A DNA stretch of 64,000 bases, taken from Lytechinus pictus (lineage: Eukaryota). The position numbers and the translations under genes are program-made. The notes beneath the pieces were generated by a model. It was not told the origin of the DNA. It saw only the letters and a list, made by a program, of their open reading frames with translations, and made no database searches. The stretch is from assembly GCF_037042905.1 (NCBI RefSeq), contig NC_087259.1, positions 30,814,001-30,878,000 of the forward strand, given 5' to 3'. This document shows positions 54,301 to 63,142 of the stretch, piece by piece; positions within the stretch are counted from its first letter, which is position 1, and each line of letters opens with the position of its first letter.

Positions 54301-57300
54301 TTTGAAATGATATAGGTTTCAAAATAAGAATTGGTTTAATCGGGTCAAGATCACACTTTTCATTTGCCAAGTACATAAAGCAGCTTGAAAACAAGAATAC
54401 TGCACTCTGATTGGTCAAAGAGACCGCACACTGGCAAATTCCAACGGTTCCAGTGCCTGGGTTCGTGGGAAGGTCACACTTCCCATGTGGTAATCTCCTC
54501 AAATACCCCGCGCCTGTTGTTCTGTGAATCTTATCCAGCCAATCAGAACTCTGGATTTCATGCAAGTACAAAATTTCAGAAATCTCGTCTTGTACCTTGG
54601 TGGGAAAAGTGTGATCTTGACCCGATTAAAAGGTGCTGCATATCAAGAGTGGCATTGTGAGAAAGTACAGAAGTTCAGCTTTATGTTGATATAAATATCA
54701 TTGAGGCTCAAAATAAAAAGTTTTGCACAATTTGCAAAAGAAAACAGAGGAAGAAAATCCAGTTTTGAGGCACATTTTCAGGCCAGAAATTTACTTATTT
54801 AACAAAATATTGTATACAAAATAAATGACCAATATGAAAGAGTAACTTTTACTCTATCTGATGGTGCAATAATATTTCATTTAACTTGAAGTTAAAACAG
54901 GTAAATTCTTAGAGAAAGAAAATCTCACGAATCACGAGATTTTGCAAGGAGGAGGATTCAGCCACAAGATGATTTGGATGAATCTGGCCTTTTTGCTCAT
55001 TAGCATAGGGACCTGCGGTCTGACTGAAAATGATATTGCAAACTATAGGTTGACTGTAAGAAGCAGTGGAACCCAAAACCAAGACCCTACCCATCCCTTT
55101 CTGAGCAAAGTATCTACCGAGGATTCACCCCCAATTAATCTCATCATATCAACTAATCCCGCCTCTTGAGAAACTTTTAACCCCTCCTTGCATCTCTCTG
55201 GTCAAATTCAATTTCTTGTTACTGATTTCACTTGGTGTCAATAGTCTAGCTTGCTAGAAATGCTGATTCACTCATGCTATTCACGGTTAGGTATTGGCCG
55301 TTAGATAAAGGTTAGTCACCATATAGGACTCTAGATCTAGCACCTGTCAAACAGCAGGAAATCAACAAAGAAACATTTGAAGAAATGAACAATACAAAAA
55401 TTGTTTTACAATATAAAGATTACTTCTAGTAATAGGAGTACATGTACTACTGTAAGGTTAAACACTAATTGCCATGTAGCGATCAGGAACATAAAGAAAT
55501 TGACAGAGGATTCCTGCATGAAAAAATGTCATATCATGAATTATTTATGTATGCAGTGAAATGCAGATCTAGATCTAGACTTGAGACTAAATGCCATTAG
55601 TTAATGCTGTATAAATTAATGTCCGCCTGGAAGAATGATGACCAAACTAATTAAATCCAACATCATATAATAAAGAAGCATGGCAGATGGTCTGTCTGAA
55701 ACTCACACTAATTGCAAGTTATGCCCAGTAATAATTCTAGACAAAGAGGTGGACAAAGAGATGGATAAAATTACTTACAATGTTTTGTTATGATATTATA
55801 ATCATTTTCATTAACTTTTGCTTGAGGACTTAAGTTGACAGAACAAATTTGGAAATAAAGTTTTTTAAAGGACAAATATATTGATTATGAATATGGCCTT
55901 ATTATATATCAGTGGAAAGGTCATAATGTGGGGATTATCAATTGGTCATTCAAAAATAACTAAAGTAATACATAAGGAGGAAATCGCCAATTAAAAAGCG
56001 CTAAAATGCCTCTCCGAAATACGCCTCCCATCGGTCTCTGAATTGACTCGAATTTGATGACGTGTATGAGTGTACGAGAGACGTGATTGGCTCTCCCACG
56101 TCAAGCTCCACTTGCATGCAAAACCTGTTGCGAGGGTACGTTTTCTCCACACTGTCACTGAATACTTCGATCACGAAATGAAAGAAAACCCAGAAGTTTA
56201 TCTAGATTTTGGATTTTCAAATTGATGATTTTGAAGATGAAGAGAACGATGATGAAGTTTCTAGCTCTAGTGACGTGGATGGAGGTAAATGTGATTGTAA
56301 ACAAACCTTCACAAACACACATTGCTTGCTCGCCTTGAGAGTAGATGCACGTATTGCACAGCTCTCAATCGGCATTTTGGATGGTTTGTTTACAATCACA
56401 TACGAGCTACGCATGTTGGGGATGATCTTTTACATCTAATTTTAATTTACCTCAACTTTTTGCTTCAAAAAAGGTTTTATCGTAATTTAAAAATAGTACG
56501 AGGTGTTGCTATATTTTTATATAGATAAATAACTCCCCTAGTTTCGTAATTTTGTCAAAATAATGAGGTAGAAATTATATCTAACAGAACAAGTGACAAT
56601 TTATCCCAGCCACGTGAAGTTTAACTTTATCGTCGGTGAATATCGTCTGCTGCTATTCGTTGAGTTGATTTGCCTTCAGATTCGGATATATTCACTTGTT
56701 TGTAAGTACAGTTATATCATTATGTTTCTTCTTTAGAGCCTTGACAGAGGGAAGAGACTCTGTATGGATGGTCAGGCTGGAATTTTCATGGATTTATTTT
56801 GGCCCGCGGTAGGCCTACGTGCAGCTAGCACTAGCAGCTGCATGAGTTGGTAGCGAATCGGCATGCAAGTTGAATTGTCCGACTCATCATCATAGACGTA
56901 ATTCCCCTAATTTACCTCCATCCACGTCACTAGAGCTAGAAACTTCATCATCGTTCTCTTCATCTTCAAAATCATCAATTTGAAAATCCAAAATCTAGAT
57001 AAACTTCTGGGTTTTCTTTCATTTCGTGATCGAAGTATTCAGTGACAGTGTGGAGAAAACGTACCCTCGCAACAGGTTTTGCATGCAAGTGGAGCTTGAC
57101 GTGGGAGAGCCAATCACGTCTCTCGTACACTTATACACTTCATTAAAAAAAAACAATTTCGCGGACGTAATTGAGCGTGTTTGAAGCATTCAGAGAGAGA
57201 ACTTTAAACTTTCAATTAAGTGAGTTTCATCGGTCTCCATGATAAATGATGTACACCATCGTGTTCTTCTTATTTTCCCCTTTAATTTGATATATAATTC

Positions 57301-60300
57301 TTCATTTTTATGATTTTCAATATATTTCTACTTTAAATAAAAGGGTATTTTTATCTGGGGGAGGGGCTAAAGAATGTGATTGAATTTTATTATTTTAAGA
57401 TTTTAACTCAATTTTTAATCTAAAATTGATGAGATGAGACATTTGGAAATAAAAACAAATCACTAATTTTGGCCTTACGGGACATATTGTCATAGCACAG
57501 ACAATAATGAGCAGTTTGTGTTTAATGCTACTATGGTAGTAATGTGCTCCTTGAATAATCAAGCAGGATACAAGAAATAAACATTACTCTTGATGTTGCA
57601 CTTCTAAAACATATGGTTGTGTGAACATATCCTAATAGTGTGAACTGGATTAGTCACAGCCGAGCATACATTAGTGAAATCAAGATCTGAGAAAGAAAAA
57701 AATATTCTAGAGTCTTGACTCACTTCTTGAAATGGTCTTGAGGGAAAAGTCATGAAAATATGTTCACCTGATTAAACTTCACTTTCTCCACCAACTCCGT
57801 AGAATGTCCATCAAGTGCAATTTGGGATGTGAAATAGCAGTTTGATTATCTTTACCATGACCTTTTACCTTGTACTGATTTAATCACTCCCCGAAAAAAA
57901 TACCACCATTCCCATACTTTAACACTAATAATTTTTTTAATGAAAAATTAAAAGGAAATAAAAATCTACTGAAAAATAAATGATGTACCTAGGATTATTT
58001 CATACGCATTATTCTCAAAGTAATGAATTTTAAATATATAACTAAAATATGACAAGTTATATATGTGATGATTGTGACCCTTAATTGATATATCCCATCA
58101 ACTTCAATTAAAATATATTTTACTGTTAATAAGCATCATCAAGCAAAGAATACAATTTGCTACAATTCAAAAATCTACATAGGGAATACAGTCACACTCA
58201 GAATACTAAGGGCATCTTTTTTCTGACACTTCTGAATTCCAATACAATAATATCAAAACCAAGTGATAATTAATGAAGGCACTATATACAGTCTCATTAA
58301 TTCAATAACACAGAATAGGGGTCAGACATAGATTTCCTTCACTGCGACAAGGTTATTAAGCAATAGAGATAAGATTATCTTATGTAGGGAAACTCCCATA
58401 ACAGCATGCACTAAGTAATAATTGAGATTAAGACCTGATTAATATCTGTCAGTATTATAGATTTGCTGCCCAAATCAATTCACTCCTTTAAATTGCCTAC
58501 ATGTAGAGATCATGCTTTACATGCTTTATTCAGTTTAACTTAACTTGACCTTCTTTATAATAATAACAACAAAGAAGATCATTAAATGTACAATTTATAT
58601 GGTCAACTGTCTATAAAATAAAATTAATCGCTCAAAATATACTATATAATGTCAAACTAAAAAGTTTTTCTTTTATAAAATAAATTGTGAGAAGAGCCAT
58701 CAAATGAAAATTCCATGTCTTCTTGCAGAAGGACCATGATTCAAGAAAAAGTAAACTTCAATCTAAACGAACCAGAAAAAAAATGTTCTTAAAAAAAATT
58801 TGAAACTAAAACGTAATATCAATAACAATAACAGCTTACCTAACGTGCATAGATATGAGTGAAAACATTTTCATATTTTGTAAATAATCCACAAAAGAGG
58901 AAAAGTATCCTGAATGATGCTATCAATCCAGAAAGAATTCCTTTCAAGAAACAGCCGAGCTAAGAGAAGAATCTCAGGTATGTGACCTGACCAAGTTCAA
59001 GCTCTGGAACCGTTTCTAAGGTTCTTCTTCAAACAATCACAGTGTAATCCACGATTGAGTTCCATAATTGACGAAAATGACTGGTAGAACTCCCGCCGTG
59101 AGGTTTTTGAATCAGGAACAAGTCCATATTTGGGAGAACAACAGGAGGAGAGAAAGAAAAGGAACATTGCAGAAGTCAGCCAGTAATTTGTTTCAACGAG
59201 GGTACTTGGATTAACCCTGTAGGGTGAATGCAGGGGGGCACAAATTAGCACGACAGGCTCGCGCTCAAATAATGTTTAAGTTCCTCTCCTGAATTTGATA
59301 TCTGCTGCTGGCGCTTTGCTCCCAGCAGAGGCAGAGCAGTTGCGGGTTGTTGAGTCGGTTGGAAATGTTTGTTGCTGGTAGTGATAGACTAACGTCCCAG
59401 GCTTTTCGTTGAAAACCAGGGAAGCTGTCAAAAGTGTGCCGATGAAGGAGATCTGTCAAAATGTGCAGCATTTCAAAATATTCTGGGTTTGAGCCAAATT
59501 CACCGTGACGTTAGTTTGAAATTATAGTTGACCAAGGTATATATTTGTTTTGTGATTATCCCTTCATACTGATTGATTAAGAGATTGGCTATTCGCTGTT
59601 ACTAAGCAGACTGACCAGTAACACATAATATATATCTTCACATTTCATTTATCTGATATCAAGTCTCATCTTCTATAGTATAAATATCAAAATATGTAAA
59701 AATGTAATTGACTATTGAAGACAGATGTTTTCACAACAACAATTTGCAAAAATAAAAACTCTTGAATACCCTGTATGGAAAGAGAATAAAAAGAAGGATT
59801 TTACTTCCTTCATTTCCTCAGTCTTAACAAACAATTCAAACTACAAACCTCCCATCCTCCATCCCTTTTGAAGTTTATCCATAAACAGGGTGCTACATAA
59901 ACTCTAGCCCGATTGCCCGGGGCAAGTAAAAGTTAAAGTCAGGCAAGTGTTTTGAAGTAAAGACCAAAACTACTTGCCCGAATTGGGTAAGCAGAATTCT
60001 CATAGTAGAATGACTAAAATTAGGGTCGATATGATATTGACCCTAATTTTGGTCTTGGCAGGCAAGATAAACTCACTTTGGAAAAAGAAATGCAATAACA
60101 AGGTAGATCAGTTCATGTCAAAGAGAGAAAAAGGTCAATGGTTTATAAAACCGCAAAACTTTCTTTTGAAGAGGTAAAACTTTTTTTTCAAGGCTTTTTT
60201 CGGGCAAGTGAAATAGATTTTTGGGCGAGTATATTCCAACTATCTAAAAATTTACTTGCCCAACTGGGCAAGTGCTTCTAAAAAGTTTTGTAGCACCCTG

Positions 60301-63142
60301 CATAATAAAAAAAAATGTTGACATTTGAATTAATTATACGGGCTTGTTAACAAGCTTATACATGGCTTATGTACTATTATTAAATAAACAGAGCCTTTAC
60401 AAATAGGGTTAAAAATCAATACAAATTAAAAAACACAAACAAATGAAAAATGTCAAAATATTTCCTTGTTTGGGGTGAGGGTGTAATGAATTTAGTAATG
60501 ATGCTGATTGACAGACCAACCACAGATTTTTTTTTTTTTACATCTACTGTTTTGTTTTTATTTTGCTAGGTGACAATTAAAAGGAAGTAACTTTACAGAC
60601 AACCAGCAACAAGATATCCTGTGACAATGTGATCCAGAGTGATAGAACAAAGTCTCTCTTTAAAATATATCTGATTCAAACATGTTTGTTTTTGTTTGGC
60701 TTCTAATCCTCATTTTTTTGTATTACTTTGGGCTGATCAATTGAATCTGTACATATATATCTTTCTTTGAGATTCTGCACATGTATATCTCTGTAGCTTC
60801 TACTAATTATATGAACAATAAAGCAAAACTGTAATCCTCTTGAATTCAATATTATACTTCAGACAGTTTTTCCTTTCTCAAAGTTCTTCTTTGTTGGAAG
60901 GAACTCAATGACTGAAATAAAAGAAACCAGTAATTCGTTGTTGGTTTGCAGTTTCATGATTAATTCAACTTTCTTGAGGATGCTGAATGCTTATAACCTC
61001 ATTCTCATCTACTTTCTTAAACCAGCTTAACGTGTAAATGGGAAAGCTTAAGCCAGGCAATCTTGTGTGATCATCTGAACCAGTTTTGAAATCCACTTCG
61101 CGATGTGGTTTTCAAGACCACTTTGCCTCACTAAACTCAACTGTATGGTATACATGGACAAAATTGTTCATTGGGAATCGATTGGAAGTATTGAGAGTGT
61201 GTGCATGTAGGACACTCTACTCGGAACAATTCCTATCCCTGCAGTTTCAAATTTAGCACAAAACATGTGATCCCATTGAAAGCATTCCCATAGCAACAAT
61301 ATCGCTTTAGGTGAAGTAACTTTGGAATCAACGACATGGTAATGAGAATGCTAGCAAAACAATTAATTCTTAACTGGTTTTGCGAAGTGTTTTACGGAAA
61401 ACCAGTTCAAGAAAGTAAATGAGAACAAGGTCAAAGTCTTTTGATACTCAGTTACTTCTAACCTATCCAAGTAATTTACAACTACTTTGCAAAATAGGTT
61501 CATTGTTGCAGCATTGTTTTGGTTTCTCTGTTGAGTTTCGATCTCATCGATCTATGTAATGCAATAAACTATCTATTGACGCCAAAAGGGCATTTATTCA
61601 TGTAGTTGATGTTACTCTGACATAAAGTGGTTTCAAACCGCCTCGATCATAAGAATCCCCGTTAAATTACGAGAACTTTTTAGGCTAAAAAATACCCATT
61701 AATTATTCCTGCATTCACAGTTTCACACCACCCCGAAACATACCCTTCGGGATAAGTTCCTGAAGTTACGAGCATGTGCAGTATGGTCTGATAAGCAGGC
61801 AAGGCGCGAGATTCAAAATCACTAGCTCAGCAGCCACCCACGGCGCCCGCGCCCAACTACATGCTGGGCTAAAAGTTCGCGTAAATTGCTTTCACATTGC
61901 CAAAATACCTGCGACCTTGGAAAAATCCCCGCGAAAGTTATCGTAATTTTGACAAGTACCTACTATTTAGTGGGTATTTTCTTTCGGGGAGATTACGCGT
62001 AATTTGTTTTCACATTGCCAATATTTACTGGTATTTTCTGATCGGGGTAAATTTCCCAATCAGAAAATACCTGGAACTGACCAACTTCGAGGCGGTCTGA
62101 AACCACCTTATTTAACTTCAATAGAAAGGTGATTCATAAACTGGTTGATACTTTGATTGGTTTGTGTTTGATCAGGGAGGCGTAAAGGAAGGAGCGGAAT
62201 CTATTGACCCCATGCTCAATACCACCAATAAGATATGCACTTATCTGCATCTGGTAACCAGTTAGTTAGAATAATAACAATATGCCATATGAAAGATAAG
62301 TGTTTGAAACTCATGCATTAGAAATAGAGTAGCAGTTCATCTCAGCCCTAATTAAAACATTTTCAAACTTACATGCAATGTTTATTAAAATATTGATGAA
62401 AATTTTTGCTCTTCTTTTTCATTTAGGCTTTATTTTAATATGCATGTGAAAATACATTCCATTCTCAGTAAATAATAGAATGAGATTTGTGAAAGGTGAT
62501 TCGGGAAGCCTTATCAGACCATCCTCAGATGTCATTTTGTTTTGACCTGTTTTCATTATAATCATGGTAACAAAATTATTTATCTCCAATGAAAAATGTG
62601 GAATTGATTTTGATCTAATGTTTAAACCAAAAAAAAAAAAATGTCTTCTTTGTTCTGAGAACCTGTTAATTTTGGCAGTCTGTGGTAATTGGTCAGGTAT
62701 ATTTAGGTCTCTCAGGGTTTGTCTCAGTCTTGATGGGAAAGTGATGTGTCCTAATTAGACTACATTTATGTGGGCATGCTGGGGTCTGTAGTGGTTCGTA
62801 GTCTTCAATATCTTTCAAAAGAGGGTCATGGGTCTGAATCCCAGCAATGGCAAATTTTCTCTGGAATGAACACTTTTAACTGTACTCAACCCAAGTGGGG
62901 TGACTGAGCGCTGCTGATAAACTGCTAGCTGGAGCTATAGTCCAGTAATAATAGTTGCGCCTTGTGTCCACTAGCAAAAAGTGCGAATACAGCAATTATT
63001 ATCATCATTATTAATGAGTTACATACCTTTCACATTCCTCTATATCTTCCTTTGTTGGTTTGAATGGCTGTTGACGTTCTCTTTCTATTTTACCAACGCT
63101 CTTTGTCCGCTTCAGAGCCTTTTTCATACGATTCGGGATACC
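6667..63142 (-). CDS. RASAL2-like: Ras GTPase-activating protein, SynGAP/RASAL2(nGAP)/DAB2IP family; 16 coding exons in window, 5'-partial
   Basis: Manually joined exons 63142-63027, 52242-52015, 48693-48592, 44396-44298, 35661-35579, 35292-35238, 34934-34820, 33657-33495, 30976-30897, 30576-30317, 29604-29461, 28763-28673, 20197-20087, 18898-17018, 16729-16527, 6850-6667. All introns are GT-AG with matching phases; 3915 nt open frame. Family motifs: [78 protein letters not shown]. Probably a single invertebrate co-ortholog of vertebrate RASAL2/DAB2IP/SYNGAP1. Confidence 0.96.
7626..7646 (-). CDS. Candidate 21-nt frame-preserving microexon (S-QTESCH-L)
   Basis: tgctgtatgtgctctttttag|TCAAACAGAAAGTTGTCATCT|gtaagt; phase 2->2, no stop. 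Confidence 0.5.
9688..10057 (+). mobile_element. 5'-truncated L2/CR1-group LINE fragment (ORF2 C-terminus, 3'UTR and tail)
   Basis: Translates [24 protein letters not shown]...TWG / (frameshift) [36 protein letters not shown], followed by GCGCC...GGCGC stem and a (TAT)n-like tail. Confidence 0.85.
10492..10632. mobile_element. Short GC-ended MITE-like repeat
   Basis: GGGACACGGAATGG vs CCATTCCGCGGCCCC inverted ends; internal GGGGGGCTGA repeats. Confidence 0.5.
10762..10875. mobile_element. Small palindromic MITE (second copy ~25832-25966)
   Basis: CTTAGCGATTGAT...ATCAATCGCTAAG inverted arms with a related copy elsewhere in the window. Confidence 0.55.
11690..11707 (-). CDS. Candidate 18-nt frame-preserving microexon (R-TTSKN)
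   Basis: gtttttaag|GACAACTAGTAAAAACAG|gtataa; phase 2->2, no stop. Confidence 0.35.
12332..12398 (-). CDS. Candidate cassette exon [22 protein letters not shown] with three possible donors (19, 63 or 67 nt)
   Basis: Strong acceptor gtgctgtgttatctcatctctcag; open in phase 2; donors gtatgt (exon end 12380), gttggt (12336), gtaatc (12332). Confidence 0.45.
12971..13037 (+). repeat. 20-bp tandem repeat x3 (GGGGTCTACAGGTGGTGGAA-like)
   Basis: Direct inspection. Confidence 0.7.
13739..13753 (-). CDS. Candidate 15-nt frame-preserving microexon (R-WSVL-G)
   Basis: cctaac branch point, long pyrimidine tract with TGC, cttaag|ATGGAGTGTTTTGGG|gtgata. Confidence 0.4.
14921..15220 (-). mobile_element. 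tRNA-derived SINE with conserved central core and L2-like (TTA)n tail
   Basis: A box TGGCCCTGTGG (15209-15199), B box GGTTCGAATCC (15165-15155), core CTCAACCCAGGTG..AATGGGTACC, tail GCGCTATACAAGAACTGCG(TTA)n. Confidence 0.85.
16527..16729 (-). CDS. RASAL2-like: RasGAP exon O, coiled coil ([19 protein letters not shown]...[13 protein letters not shown])
   Basis: cttcag acceptor, AG|gtatga donor, 203 nt, phase 0->2. Confidence 0.95.
16845..16993 (+). repeat. (CAT/CAC)n degenerate microsatellite in the intron between exons N and O
   Basis: Direct inspection. Confidence 0.8.
17018..18898 (-). CDS. RASAL2-like: RasGAP exon N, 627-aa Ser/Thr/Pro-rich, probably disordered region
   Basis: atgcag acceptor, CAG|gtaaag donor, 1881 nt, phase 0->0. 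Lies within ORF 16991..18916. Contains PLSFSNPAF (family PLSFQNP motif). Confidence 0.93.
19478..20014. mobile_element. Non-autonomous DNA transposon with 6-bp TSD (TAGAGG) and a duplicated left end
   Basis: TAGAGG|CAGAGCTGCCAA...TTGGCAGGTCTG|TAGAGG; second end CAGACCTGCCAACC at 19580; subterminal GTATT/CGTA repeats. Confidence 0.8.
20087..20197 (-). CDS. RASAL2-like: RasGAP exon M ([37 protein letters not shown])
   Basis: ctacag acceptor, AAG|gtttgt donor, 111 nt, phase 0->0; GYIDLGREL motif. Confidence 0.95.
20386..20537. mobile_element. Harbinger-like MITE with CCAATCA core (related copies ~4323-4477, ~29290-29435, ~35880-35997)
   Basis: CAGGGGAGCATTTCAT...ATGAAATGCTCCCCTG perfect 16-bp inverted ends. 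Confidence 0.75.
24736..24888 (+). repeat. Recent tandem duplication, 67 identical bp with period 86
   Basis: 24736-24802 equals 24822-24888. Confidence 0.9.
25325..25426 (-). CDS. Candidate alternative (first or cassette) exon [34 protein letters not shown]
   Basis: CAAG-ATG start context, 34 stop-free codons, strong AAG|gtgagt donor in phase 0 matching exon M. Confidence 0.55.
27328..28250. mobile_element. PIF/Harbinger-like MITE (3-bp TSD ACA) interrupted by a Kolobok-like MITE
   Basis: 28-bp TIR GGCCGGTATTCTGAAGTCGGGCTTAACT (1 mismatch), ACA on both sides. Confidence 0.85.
27507..28109. mobile_element. Kolobok/T2-like MITE family A, nested
   Basis: TTAA TSDs at 27503-27506 and 28110-28113, ~220-bp TIRs. 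These TIRs explain the mirror ORFs 27510..27698 and 27918..28136. Confidence 0.9.
28673..28763 (-). CDS. RASAL2-like: RasGAP exon L ([30 protein letters not shown])
   Basis: ttgaag acceptor, TCG|gtaaga donor, 91 nt, phase 2->0. Confidence 0.95.
28790..28936 (-). mobile_element. Truncated copy of the tRNA-SINE (3' half)
   Basis: atgcgcttcca...ttcaaggaata.attcctgcca.gtacccatt shared with 14921-15220. Confidence 0.65.
29461..29604 (-). CDS. RASAL2-like: RasGAP exon K, FLR motif ([18 protein letters not shown]...[15 protein letters not shown])
   Basis: tttcag acceptor, AA|gtaagt donor, 144 nt, phase 2->2; RasGAP signature. Confidence 0.97.
30317..30576 (-). CDS. RASAL2-like: RasGAP exon J ([24 protein letters not shown]...FPSDLRAIF...SKLI)
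   Basis: cctcag acceptor, AG|gtgagt donor, 260 nt, phase 0->2. Confidence 0.96.
30897..30976 (-). CDS. RASAL2-like: RasGAP exon I, arginine-finger exon ([26 protein letters not shown])
   Basis: ttatag acceptor, AAG|gtatag donor, 80 nt, phase 1->0. Catalytic Arg codon CGG at 30956-30954. Confidence 0.96.
31320..32015 (+). repeat. Purine (GA)-rich low-complexity tract
   Basis: A/G-rich composition producing spurious hydrophobic minus-strand ORFs. Confidence 0.7.
33495..33657 (-). CDS. RASAL2-like: RasGAP exon H, GAP domain start ([34 protein letters not shown]...)
   Basis: tcacag acceptor, A|gtaagt donor, 163 nt, phase 0->1. Confidence 0.95.
34820..34934 (-). CDS. RASAL2-like: RasGAP exon G, C2 end ([38 protein letters not shown])
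   Basis: tctcag acceptor, CAG|gtaagg donor, 115 nt, phase 2->0. Confidence 0.95.
35238..35292 (-). CDS. RASAL2-like: RasGAP exon F, C2 domain ([19 protein letters not shown])
   Basis: ttgcag acceptor, TG|gtaagt donor, 55 nt, phase 1->2. Confidence 0.93.
35579..35661 (-). CDS. RASAL2-like: RasGAP exon E, C2 domain ([27 protein letters not shown])
   Basis: ttgtag acceptor, G|gtaaga donor, 83 nt, phase 2->1. Confidence 0.94.
39253..39649. mobile_element. Kolobok-like non-autonomous element, family C
   Basis: TTAA|AGAGAAATTCCAGT ... ACTAGCATTTACCT|TTAA imperfect TIRs. Confidence 0.7.
41279..43020. mobile_element. Non-autonomous hAT transposon, 1742 bp
   Basis: Perfect 8-bp TSD ATACAAAT (41271-41278, 43021-43028), TAGTGCTG/CAGCACTA termini, dense subterminal GTTCGG repeats at both ends; no transposase ORF. 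Confidence 0.9.
43824..44080 (+). mobile_element. Degenerate tRNA-SINE copy
   Basis: Core CTCTACCCAGGTGAGGTAAATGGGTACCTGGCA and AAGTCCTTTGGAAGC shared with 14921-15220. Confidence 0.7.
44211..44271 (+). repeat. TGGGAGTGCCC-based 21-23 bp tandem x3 just downstream of the exon D donor
   Basis: Direct inspection. Confidence 0.65.
44298..44396 (-). CDS. RASAL2-like: RasGAP exon D, C2 domain ([32 protein letters not shown])
   Basis: tcttag acceptor, AA|gtaagt donor, 99 nt, phase 2->2. Confidence 0.96.
48343..48377 (+). repeat. 35-nt poly-G run (G-quadruplex-capable)
   Basis: Direct inspection. Confidence 0.85.
48592..48693 (-). CDS. RASAL2-like: RasGAP exon C, PH-C2 linker / C2 start ([33 protein letters not shown])
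   Basis: tctcag acceptor, AA|gtgagt donor, 102 nt, phase 2->2. Confidence 0.95.
52015..52242 (-). CDS. RASAL2-like: RasGAP exon B, PH domain (SSRSHESL...[40 protein letters not shown])
   Basis: ctgcag acceptor, AG|gtattc donor, 228 nt, phase 2->2. Confidence 0.95.
54046..54842. mobile_element. Foldback (long inverted repeat) non-autonomous element
   Basis: Perfect 27-bp IR 54335-54361/54604-54630; further arm pairs 54281-54290/54675-54684 (same centre) and 54046-54064/54824-54842. Confidence 0.7.
55869..57332. mobile_element. Kolobok-like element with an internal perfect 222-bp inverted repeat
   Basis: TTAA|AGGACAAATATATTGA ... TCAATATATTTCTACT|TTAA; IR arms 56069-56290 and 56910-57131. 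Confidence 0.75.
58840..58874 (-). CDS. Candidate alternative first coding exon [11 protein letters not shown]
   Basis: Three in-frame ATGs, AG|gtaagc donor in phase 2 matching exon B, CpG-enriched upstream region. Confidence 0.5.
59530..59590 (-). promoter_or_regulatory. Candidate internal promoter (CCAAT box 59583-59590, TATA-like ~59538-59545)
   Basis: AGCCAATC and TATATA on the minus strand upstream of a CpG-enriched ~650-nt segment that ends in the 58840 donor. Confidence 0.3.
59886..60300. mobile_element. hAT-like MITE
   Basis: CAGGGTGCTACA/TGTAGCACCCTG 12-bp TIR, subterminal GGGCAAGT repeats, partial TSD (CATAA-containing flanks). Confidence 0.8.
60997..61430. mobile_element. Degenerate Harbinger-like MITE
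   Basis: ~30-bp imperfect TIR CCTCATTCTCATCTACTTTCTTAAAC / GTTCAAGAAAGTAAATGAGAACAAGG. Confidence 0.55.
61626..62107. mobile_element. PIF/Harbinger-like MITE (TWA-type flanks)
   Basis: TAA|AGTGGTTTCAAACCGCCTCGA ... TCGAGGCGGTCTGAAACCACC|TTA. Confidence 0.8.
62775..63013 (+). mobile_element. Degenerate tRNA-SINE copy ending ~14 bp from exon A
   Basis: B-box-like GGTCTGAATCCCAGC, core ACTCAACCCA, GCGCCTTG and ATT-rich tail. Confidence 0.65.
63027..63142 (-). CDS. RASAL2-like: RasGAP exon A ([38 protein letters not shown])
   Basis: ttgtag acceptor, AG|gtatgt donor, 116 nt, phase 0->2. LKRTKS matches the family IKRTKSQ motif. Missed by the ORF track. Confidence 0.9.

Noticed and set aside
57724-57767. 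AG...gtgagt exon-like segment
   Set aside because: Immediate TGA in the incoming frame, and its ATG frame exits in the wrong phase.
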